A stretch of 64,000 nt of DNA from the human T2T-CHM13v2.0 reference genome, Homo sapiens, in NCBI RefSeq assembly GCF_009914755.1, contig NC_060930.1; one strand, given 5' to 3'. Under the pieces are notes generated by a model. That model was not told the origin of the DNA and did no database searches. It saw only the letters and a program-made list of their open reading frames with translations. Below, piece after piece: positions 13,207 to 23,554 of the stretch. Numbering within the stretch: position 1 is the first letter of the stretch; every line of letters starts with the position of its first letter. Made by a program: the position numbers and the translations under genes.

Positions 13207-14629
13207 TAAGTTTAACTGATAAGTTCACTTTGCTAGATTACCTGTCATAGCTCCCAGGAATCCTATATTTTGAGAAGATAACCATAGAATTAGGTCTTAA
13301 ATACTTCCTAAAGTCTCTGACTCCTGTAGGGGACTAGCTGTCCTTAGTACAACCATAAAATGATGGTATCCAAAATTGTTTGGAAAAAGTATTATGTTTT
13401 ATATATTACTGTTAACAAATAAAGATCAAAATGATTCACATGATAATTATTGGGGGCAGGGAAGAATTCGCCATAATTTTTCCAGTGTTTAGGACTATAA
13501 AATTCTTAAGTCTCATCCTATTTTTTCTTCTCCCTCTGCAGGGAACTTTGCCCAAGCTTACCGTTTTTCCCCCGTATATTCTTCTGCACCCGTTTTTCAC
13601 TTGTGTGTGAGGTGGTGGTGGGAAGTTTAAGGAATGAAAAGGATGCCTTCTCGTGGGAAGTCTCTCTAAACTACATTTCCTTATCTCCTTTACCCCATCT
13701 GCTCAATTCTAAAGTAGCTACTTGCCCCTAAAACCCTGCAGGAGTTTTAGCAGCAGAGAACTGCTGATTCCAGGCTTCAGAGGAAAATCAACAATTTCCT
13801 CCAGCCAAAACAGAGACTGTTTCTTTGGGAGGCTGTTACACCTGGAGACTGCACTTCCTGGAGCACCCTTCAGCAAACCAGACCACCTTAGGCAAGATTT
13901 TGAAAAACCAGACAGGTGCGATAATGAGGACTTTTTTTTCCCCCAGATTTATGACTTTATTGATACTCTCTCTATAGACTGGCTATATAAGAATCCACGC
14001 CCCATAAGCTGAGTAAGCGAGGACAAATCTGACCTAACCTAAGGAAGTTATAGATTCAAGAACTAATGATTAGTAAGTCTTCATCTTAGGACCAAGGGAT
14101 TGCTTATGCTTATTGGTCCTGCTATAAGGCCAGGTCGCAGTGTCTCTCACCTGGATCTGCTACAGTCATGATTGAAAATTGCTGACTTACACAGGTAATA
14201 GACTCTCTTTAAAGATATCTCTCTAATGTATTTACTTTCCAGAAAGCAAAATGCCAGGCTGCTAACAGATGAGTTGTTTGTACTTTAAAAGTTTACTGTT
14301 CCAGTTAGGACATTCTTGATGGTATTTTGTATTCTCTTTGCAGTGCAGCCAGCTGATTCATGCTGTATTCTGAAGGTTATGAGTCTCCATGTGATGTTAA
14401 GAACTATATGTCTGAACCATTAAAGAAGAAGTGTATAAAATGCAATGCTGCTCAGTGGAAGTATATGAACCAGAAGTATTTCATTTTATGCCACGGCTCT
14501 GGTTACATTTGTAGCTTTTGAGCACTGGCATGTCTTCTACTTTCTCTCACTTTTGGAGTTATAGCTGTCTTCTCTGTTGGAAAAACATAGAGCAAGGTTG
14601 TTACCAGATAAGCTTTCTGTATTTATTAG

Positions 14630-15080
14630 ATATATTTTCAATTCAACTCAAAAATGCCTATATCTACTGAGTTACTGCTGTAAGTAAGGTTTATGGCTAG
14701 ATGCCAAGAGGCCTACCAAGCTGATTATGACATAGCTCCTGTTTTTTTTTTTTTGGTGGAGGAGGGAGCTTGTAAGTACACCCATAACTGAAAGGCATGG
14801 CAGAATGTGCTAGAGATTCTCAGAGGAGTACAAAGAAATAGATTCAAAAAGAAGGGAGAAACATTTGTTTAGAAGATGTGGAAAAATTGCATGAAAAAAT
14901 ATCTTTTGAGATGTGCACTGAAAGATGAGTAGGATTTGAAAAGACAGAGCTTGTTCAGGGTAAAGGAATTCCAGGAAAAAGGAACATCATGAATTCAGCT
15001 ATAAAATCTGGGAAAGTGTGAAGTACAATTGAAGAAGAATGGGTAGTCATGGCTGAGGCCTTGGGGGCTTATAGAGGAAT
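14630..15080 (-). mobile_element. L2 3' fragment
   Basis: 'ttcaattcaac...' tail and 'tttgagatgtgcactgaaagatgagtaggattt' L2 motif. Confidence 0.65.
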
Positions 15081-15109
15081 AGACAGATCTTTGCCCATCT
15101 AAGCCTCCT

Positions 15110-15430
15110 ACTCCCCTCTCTAGTGTATATGAGTTATAACCCAATCAAAGACTACATTTCCCATATTACTTTGGAATGGAGGCAGAAATGATGGGTTATT
15201 TCCAGGCCTCATGTGCCAGTTAGATATTAAATTATGGGATAACCTTGAAAGCCTCATATTGAAGTTGATATAGCTTCTGTCAGCTTGGATGCTGAATGAC
15301 TGAGTGGAGCAGAGCACTCCCTACCTTTCCTTTCCTACCTTGAGTAGGAAAAGGAAAAAAAAATCCCTTCAGTGTGTTAAGCCACTGAGATATTGAGTTT
15401 TCTTAAGGCAGCTGTTGTTTACCTTTAATG
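15110..15430 (+). mobile_element. Old MLT1 (H/J-like) LTR fragment
   Basis: 'gaatgactgagtggagcagagc', 'gtgtgttaagccactgagat'. Confidence 0.6.
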
Positions 15431-15524
15431 TGGCAGTTAAAAGGGAAGGATAGACTTGGCCTATGTTTTTACAACTCAGCATGATATAGTAGAAAAAACT
15501 GTAGTCTAGAAAACATGGATTTCA

Positions 15525-16020
15525 CTTATTTATTTGTTCATTCATTCATTTGCTCATTCATTCATTCATTTGCTCATTCATTCACTCATTCATTCATTTC
15601 ATATTTATTGAGATTTTACAGACTGTCAAATCTGAATGCTGGACATGTTATGATTAACAATGCATAGTTCATGGCCCTATGGAACATACGGTGGAGTGGA
15701 AGAGAATGAAATATAACCAGGCTGTGAGGATACACTGCAATGTCTTATTTCCCAAAGTGTGGTCCTCAGACCAGCAGCATCAGCGTCACTCAGGAGCTTG
15801 TTAGAAATGCAGAATCTCAGGCCCCACTCTCAAATCAACAGAATCATAGACTGCATTTTTGACAAGATTCTAAGGTGATTTGTGGGCACATTAAAGTTTG
15901 AGAAGCCCTGGTAAAATGAGTGGTATTGTAGGGACAGGCAGGGGGCAATGAGGACTCAAAGAAAGGACACTTAGACTTGAAAGTTTCCAGAAGGCTCCCT
16001 AGACTAGATGGCAGCTAAAC
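15525..16020 (-). mobile_element. L2 3' end with expanded (TTCA)n tail, interrupted by MER5A
   Basis: (ttca)n at 15537-15600 followed by 'atatttattgag' and L2-like sequence. Confidence 0.7.
15738..15910. mobile_element. MER5A (hAT-Charlie MITE)
   Basis: 'caaagtgtggtcctcagaccagcagcatcagc...gagcttgttagaaatgcagaatctcaggcccca...ttaaagtttgagaagccctg'. Confidence 0.9.
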
Positions 16021-16834
16021 TGGCTTGTGAGCAGCACGTTTTGGTCATAAAGATTGTGCGAATTTGGGTAAGCCACATATGTTCAGCTTTGATTTTCTTG
16101 TCTATAAAAATAGGGATAGTATTACGGGGCTGTTTTGAGCTTCAGGACCTTCCAAGATTGTTTTGAAGCTCAAATATATGTAAAAGTAAGAGTGATTTGA
16201 ATACTCAAAAACTGAATATGCATGGAAAACTTATACTTTTTCAGCGACAGTTAAAGTATAGAAAAGATGTGTTCTTTGGCATAATAATGCATTTTAGCAG
16301 TGTTTAGTAAGAAAAAATATCTAGTATGGATTCTTTGTTTTGATTAAACACAGAACTGAAAGAAGTTTTTCCTCCTACTTATTGCAGAAGGGTGTAACAT
16401 CTGAAAAATAGGTCTGGTATGTTGGTCAAATAGAGTGTCTGCTGGAGTTGGAAAATGCATTCTCTTGGGGTTTGTGCAGTCTGGACTTCAATCATTTGTG
16501 TTCTTATATAGTGTATCCAAAATATACATAGAGACAGTGGGAAGGGACTTTCTTCTGGCTAGGGGAAACATCAATTCCTTGACACAAACAAAAATCGAAT
16601 TAAGAGTTTATTCTGAATTAATAGTACTGAGGAAGGTTAATGAAAAATAAACAAAGAGTAGTCATTAATTAAAAATATTAGCAATCCAGTAATATAGTCT
16701 CCGTATGGAGCATCCTCACTACTAACAGGCATCTTTAGCATTTATTAGATTTCAGGCAAGGCTCTCTTTAGTAGCCTTTGTTCAGGCACACAAAATGACC
16801 TGCTCCTTTATACTTCTGTACTTTTAAACAATCT

Positions 16835-17118
<284 letters not shown>

Positions 17119-17124
17119 CTTCTA

Positions 17125-17460
17125 TGCTTTTGCACATGGTTTTTCCCTTTGCCTGGACTGTTCTTCCTCATCTTGATCACCTCGGCCGCCATCTCAGCCA
17201 CCAGAAGACTTCCTGCAAGACTTGGTTCAGACATCACAGTTCAGACAGGATGAAGCCTTTATCAACCTTCCTCTGTAGTGCCATGCAGGCAAGAAAAGTG
17301 TATTGAATTACACTGTGTCCGTCATTCAATGTGTTTATCTCACACCTGATACTGTGACAGCCTGAGGACTGTACTGTGTCAACTCATTTCTTATCCTTAG
17401 CATCTGGCATGGTGCCCAGCACATAACAGGTCCTAAATAAATGTTTGTTGAATGAATATA
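17125..17460 (+). mobile_element. L2 3' end
   Basis: Ends 'ggtgcccagcacataacaggtcctaaataaatgtttgttgaatgaat'. Confidence 0.8.
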
Positions 17461-17569
17461 AAAGTCTGGCAGCTTTAAGAATAAATAAATAAACAAAAAA
17501 CTTCGTTCTAATCCTGATGGAAGTTTAGTTACTTCTGTCTCTCAGAAGGGGAATCCTGTCAAATAGTCT

Positions 17570-18110
17570 AACAATGTGTAAAAGGAGGTAGTTACTCACA
17601 GATCTTAGAGGTTTCTATCAAAACATGCTTAGATATTAATAGGTACCTAACATTAGAAATTCCTTAACCCAGAAAGGCTACTTATAGAAATTTATCTTAA
17701 GGTAATTAAGAATGTGCATAAAGACCTAGCTATAAAGATGATCATTTTATTCTGTTTATAATACCAAAACACTGTAAATGTGCTACGTAGCCAACAATTG
17801 TGTATTAGTTAAATAAATTATAGTATAAAATTAAAGCGATGATGTAAAATGTATTTACTAATTTGGAATGATATTCATGTTACAGCAAATGTAAAAAGCA
17901 GGTTACAAAATTGTATATTCACTAAGTTGCCATTTTATTAAAAAGAAAAAGAATTTAGATACTAAGAAGGAGAAGTCTGGGAAGAGATATACATGAAAAT
18001 GCTAATAGAAATTTCCCCTAGCTGTTGAAATTATGTGTCGTTTAAATTTTTATCTTTGCCTATAGTTGTTCAACATTCTCACATTAAAATGTATTGATTG
18101 GATAATCATC
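17570..18110 (+). mobile_element. L1ME-like 3' fragment
   Basis: Decayed ORF2 end and 3' UTR motifs ('ttagttaaataaattatagtata', 'aaaagcaggttacaaaa'). Confidence 0.6.
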
Positions 18111-19445
18111 TTTAAATTACAAGAGAAAACATATAATCCTCTTGAAGGCTTCTAGAAAGGCCCATCGCTTTTAACATTCTCCATATTCTTTCAAAAGCCT
18201 TCCTCTTTCAGTGGATTTCTAGAATACTATAGGCTGGTGAAGAAAAAGAGGATGGAATTAAGGAACAGAAGGTGTAGGACATGAATTCATTGTATCCATA
18301 CTCTCCAAGATTAGCTGCTGAATGTAACCACTAGAAGTTGATGTTTGGGCTGGATGAGTTGTCCTTTTGGGACACTGATAGCAGGACTTGCAGTGAAGAG
18401 GAAGATGTGAGCCAGAGGTCAAAGATATTGACAAAATGAGGTATGTGTGATGTGCTTCTTAGACATGACAGGGAGCAGAGAGAGAGAGTGAAACAGCAAA
18501 GACTCATGTTCTTTAAAAGAATGTGACTTTTTTTTTGAAGTGAGTGAGGGAGTTTGGTTCTAAAAGCAGCATTGGGGAACAAAACACTCAGCACATCTAT
18601 AGATCCTGAGGTCCACGAGATGTGAGAGAACAAATGGGTACCCCATAGAGTGTCATAGGGGGATATGGAGTACTGGGAGAGCCAGGTTTCAGTTAAGGCA
18701 GGAGGTGTTGTTGGTATTAGATCATAATAGTCTTACACCTCCAGGTCAAGTGGCAGTGGCTATCCCAGGGATTGTGGACTTTCATGTGTAGCTTAGGTTA
18801 GTTATTCTTGTGGAAAACTGCCCAAGAAGAATGAGACATCGTTCCTGGCTTTAGGTAACTTCTTCCAGGTAGGAAGCATACCTACCATACATAAAAAACA
18901 TAGAAAACATTTTGATGTTGAGCCATTGCAGTTGGCTGTCAGGCTTCGCTTATAAAACCAGTTCAGCTGGATCTAAGCTTTTGAACTTATCACCCTTTGA
19001 AGGCAATCCCTGCCGCTGAGTCCCTTCTACTTTCTTGGCTGCTATCCGACACAACATGCTGAAATTCCATGTCATCAAGGAGGCACCAGACTGACTCACA
19101 GTGCAGCAAGGATTTAGAGAAAACACATCAGAGTAGCAGGGAAGAGCTGGAATGGGGATGATGCATGAGATTGACTGAATCAGCTCTTAAGAGATGAATA
19201 AGTTTACTTGACGGACACTGGGAATAACGTGAGTGAGCAAAGACATAACAGTGAGGATGAGCGTAATATGAATATTATAATAATTCTTTTTGTATCATTA
19301 AATTGTATTTTGTAACATTTCTAATTTCCTAGCCCATATTTTAAAATTAGGTTTATTAAGGTATACCTTACATATAATAAAATTTGCCCTTTTTAGTGTG
19401 TAATTTGAGGAGTTACGCATTCAGTATCACAATCAAGATACAGAA

Positions 19446-19750
19446 CTGCATTGTCCAATAAACCACATTGTCCAGTAGAAATAAACCACATATGTAACTT
19501 TACATTTCTAGTGGCCACATTAACAAAGTAAAAAGAAACAAGTGAAATTTAATAATATGGTTTATTTAACCAAATATATAAAAATATTCACTAGTAATCA
19601 ATATAAAAGTTATTGACATTTTACATTTTTTTCAAATCTTTGAAGTCTGATGTGTCTTTTATACTTACAGCACATCTCAATTCAGACTAGTCACATTTCA
19701 AGTGTTTAATAGCCACATGTGTCCAGTGTGTACTGTAATAGACAGTAAAG
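19446..19750. mobile_element. MER33 (hAT-Charlie)
   Basis: 'ttctagtggccacatt...cttacagcacatctcaattcagactagtcacatttcaagtg'; 8-bp TSD ATACAGAA/ATACAGAT. Confidence 0.9.
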
Positions 19751-20180
19751 ATACAGATTATTCCCATCACACCAAAACGTTCTCTTGTATCCCTTTGCAG
19801 TCAATCTGTTTTCCCCAATCCTGCTTGACTCCTGGCAACTACTGATCTGTTTCTGTCCCTGTACATATTTATCAGATTTGGAAAAACAGACCTGAGAGAG
19901 AGAGAAAGAGAGAGAGAGAGATTTTTAAGGAATTTGTTCCTGTGGTTGTAAAGGCTGGCAAATCTGAAATCTGCAGGGCAGGCCAGCAGGTTGGAGGCTC
20001 AAGGAAGAGTTGATGCTGTAGCTCAAGTCAGAAGGCAGTCTGAAGGCAGAATTTCTTTTTTATGGGAACCTTAATTTTTTTTCTGAAGGCCTTTATAAGG
20101 CCCACTCATATTGTCGGGGGCAATCTGCTTTACTCAAAGTTTACTTATTTAAATTTTAATCACATCTGAAAAACACCTTC

Positions 20181-20726
20181 CCATCCTTTTCATTTAGCAA
20201 CTCCACTTCTGGGTATATACCCAAAGGAATTGAAAAGCAGGGTCTTAAAGAGATATTTATACACCCAACTTTATAGCAGCATTATTCACAATAGCCAAAA
20301 GATGGAAGCAACTCAAGTGTTCATCAAGAGATGAATGGATAAACAAAATGCAGCGTATACTGTTATTCAGCCTTAACAAAAGGAAATTCTGACATGTACT
20401 ATAACACAGGTGAACCTTGAGACATCATGCTAAGTGAAATATGCTAGCCACAAAAAGGCAATAGTGTATGATTTTACTTATATGCGGTAACTAGAGTAGT
20501 CAAATTCACAGAGACAGAAGGTAGAAGGTTGATTTCCAGGGTCTGGGGGAAGGGGAGTGGAGAGTTATTGTTTAATGGGTATAGACCTGCCGTTCTGTAA
20601 GACGAAAAGATTTCTGGAGATAGGTTGTACAACAATGTGAATGAACTTAAAACTACTAAATTGTACTGTCAAAAATATTTAAGATAACAAATTTTATGTT
20701 ACATGTATTTTACCACCACCACAACA
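20181..20726 (+). mobile_element. L1MB-like 3' fragment inserted in MLT2
   Basis: L1 ORF2 end and 3' UTR; TSD AAAAACACCTTC at 20169-20180 and 20727-20738. Confidence 0.9.
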
Positions 20727-20780
20727 AAAAACACCTTCAAAGCACATCTGTACTGATATTTCATGAAAAACTAGGTACCA

Positions 20781-20915
20781 GGACAGGCGTGGGGGCTCAT
20801 GTCTGTCATCCAAGCATTTTGGGAGGCTAAGATGGGAGAATCACTTGAGCCCAGGAGTTTGAGACCAACCTGGGCAACATAGCAAGATCTTTCTCTCTAA
20901 AAAAAAATTACAACA
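20781..20915 (+). mobile_element. Alu monomer (FLAM_C-like) inserted in MLT2
   Basis: Monomer plus A tail; TSD AAAAACTAGGTACCA / AAAAACTGGGTACCA. Confidence 0.9.
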
Positions 20916-21885
20916 AAAAACTGGGTACCATGGCTTAGCTAAGCAGGCACACAAAATTAACCATCATACTGTAAGTTTTCTCTTTTCTAGAATATTAGAC
21001 AAATGGAATTATACAATAAGTAGCCCTCGGTGGCTGGCTTCTTTCACTTAACCTAATGCTTTTGAGATTTTTCTATGTTGTTGGAGGTATCAGGAGTTTA
21101 TTCATTTTTATTACTGAGGAATATTCCATTGTATGGATATACTATAGTTTCCTTATCCATATACCAGTTGGTGGACACCTGGGTTGTTTCCAGTTTTGAG
21201 GTGTCATTAAGGCTGCTATGAGCATTCCCTTGTAGATCTTTGTTCTAGTTCATTTTGAGCATCATTGTATCATGTAGAATGCTTGTGGCAACAAGTAACA
21301 GAAAAGCCGCCTCAGATAGAATAAAAATAAAGAAATGTATTATTTTATTAACAAAATCCAAAGAAGCATGGCTAACCCCACCCCCACCTGATGGTCCTTC
21401 CTTATCCATGCTGGTAGTGGAAGACAAAGGGCATATAATCTTGGGAGTTCTAGGGCCCTGCCCACTGCCAGTCCCTCTCCACACTACTACAGCTGATGCT
21501 TTCTGGAAAGCACACCTCCTGGCAGGAGGCCAAACAGCACAAAAATAGAGCATTAAACCACCAAAGCTAAGGACCCTCATGGAGTCCATTGCACCCTCTG
21601 CCACCTCCACTGGAATAGGTGCTGGTATCCACAGCTGAGAGATCCATAGATGGTTCACATCACAGGACTCTGTGCAGACAACCCCCAGTACTAGCCCAGA
21701 GCTGGGTAGACTCGCTGGGTGGCTAGACCCAGAAAAGAGACAATAATCACTGCAGTTTGGCTCACAGGAAGCCACATCCATAGGAAAAGGAGGAGAGTAC
21801 TGCATCAAGGGAACACCCTGTGGGACAAAAGAATCTGAACAACAGCCTTCAGACCTAGACCTTCCCTCTGACATAGCCTACACAA

Positions 21886-22878
21886 ATGAGAAGGAAACAG
21901 AAAACCAACCCTGATAATATGACAAAACGAGGCTCTTCTACCCACCCCAAAATCACACTAGTTCACCAGCAATGGATCCAAACCAAGAAGAAATCCCTGA
22001 CTTACCTGAAAAAGAATTCAGGAGGTTAGTTACTAAGCTAATCAGGGAGGGACCAGAGAAAGGTGAAACCTAATGCAAGGAAATCCAAAAAATGATACAA
22101 GAAGCGAAGGGAGAAATATTCATGGAAATAGACAGCTTAAAAAAAAACAACTAAAAATTCAGGAAACTTTGGACACACTTTTAGAAATGCAAAATGCTCT
22201 GGAAAGTCTCAGCGATAGAATTGAACAAGTAGAAGAAAGCAATTCAGAGCTCAAAGACAAGGTCTTCGAATTAACCCAGTTCAACAAAAAGAAAAAAATA
22301 AGAAAATATGAACAAAGCCTCCAAGAGGTCTGAGATTATGTTAAACAACCAAACCTAAGAAAAATTGGTGTACCTGAGGAAGAAGAGAATTCTAAAAGCC
22401 TGGAAAACATATTTGGGGGAATAATGGAGGAAAACTTCCCTGGCCTTGCTACAGACCTAGACTTTCGAATACAAGAAGCACAAAGAACACCTGGGAAATT
22501 CATCGCAAAAAGATTTTGCCTGGGCACATCAGGTTATTCAAAGTTAAGATGAAGGAAAGAATCTTAAGAGTTGTAAGACAGAAGCACCAGGTAACCTATA
22601 AAAGAAAACCTATCAGATTAACAGCAGGTTTCTCAGCAGAAACCTGACAAGCTAGAAGGGATTGGGGACCTATCTTCAGCCTCCTCAAACAAAACAATTA
22701 TCAGCCAAGAATTTTGTGTCCAGAGAAACTAAGCATCATATATGATGGAAAGATACAGTCATGTTCAGACAAACAAATGCTTAGAGAATTCACCATTACC
22801 AAACTACCACTACAAGAACTGCTAAAAGAAGCTCTAAATCTCGAAGCAAATCTTGGAAACACATCAAAACAGCACCTC
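21886..22878 (+). pseudogene. Disrupted L1 ORF1 (RNA-binding protein) remnant
   Basis: ATG at 21886; coiled-coil-like fragment (ORF 22073-22333) and C-terminal 'KLSIIYDGKIQSCSDKQMLREF'; stops and frameshifts. Confidence 0.85.
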
Positions 22879-23455
22879 AAGTCAGTGTGGCAATTCCTCA
22901 GGGATCTAGAACTAGAAATACCATTTGACCCAGCCATCCTATTACTGGGTATATACCCAAAGGATTGTAAATCATGCTGCTATAAAGACACATGCACACG
23001 TATGTTTATTGTGGCACTATTCACAATAGCAAAGACTTGGAACCAACCCAAATGTCCAACAATGATAGACTGGATTAAGAAAATGTGGCACATATACACC
23101 ATATACACCATGGAATACTATGCAACCATAAAAAATGATGAGTTCATGTCCTTTGTAGGGACATAGAGGAAGCTGGAAACCATCATTCTCAGCAAACTAT
23201 CACAAGGACGAAAAACCAAACACTACATGTTCTCACTCATAGGTGGGAATTGAACAATGGGAACACATGGACACAGGAAGGGGAACATCACACACTGGGG
23301 CCTGTCGTGGGGTGGGGGGAGGGGGTAGGGATAGCATTTGGAGATATACCTAATGTTAAATGACGAGTTACTGGGTGCAGCACACCAACATGGCACATAT
23401 AACTAACCTGCATGTTGTGCACATGTACCCTAAAACTTAAAGTATAATAAAAAAA
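22879..23455 (+). mobile_element. 5'-truncated L1PA3/4-like fragment inserted into L1PB at the end of ORF1
   Basis: ORF2 C-terminus 'LRDLELEIPFDPAI', G-rich 3' UTR, 'cctaatgttaaatgacgagtta', poly-A; no TSD visible. Confidence 0.93.
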
Positions 23456-23554
23456 GCATAAATCACATAAGACCTATAAAACAAAAATACAAGTTAAAAA
23501 GCAAAAACAAAAAACAAACAAAAATCCCAAAGTACACAGGCAACAAAAAGCAGG

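Larger units (their letters stand above)
19864..20968 (-). mobile_element. MLT2 (ERVL) solo LTR with two nested inserts
   Basis: 'ggctggcaaatctgaaatctgcagggcaggccagcag', 'caatctgctttactcaaag', end 'aaaattaaccatcata'; 5-bp TSD CTGTA. Confidence 0.9.
19340..21245 (-). mobile_element. L1M 3' fragment split into three pieces by nested insertions
   Basis: Pieces 19340-19445, 19759-19863 and 20974-21245 read as continuous antisense L1M once inserts and TSDs are removed. Confidence 0.85.

Noticed and set aside
15537-15600. CRISPR-like or novel spaced repeat
   Set aside because: Ordinary (TTCA)n L2 tail in eukaryotic DNA with no unique spacers
15999-16015. CTCF-like AGACTAGATGGCAGC
   Set aside because: Lacks the leading CC of the core and lies in a decayed L2
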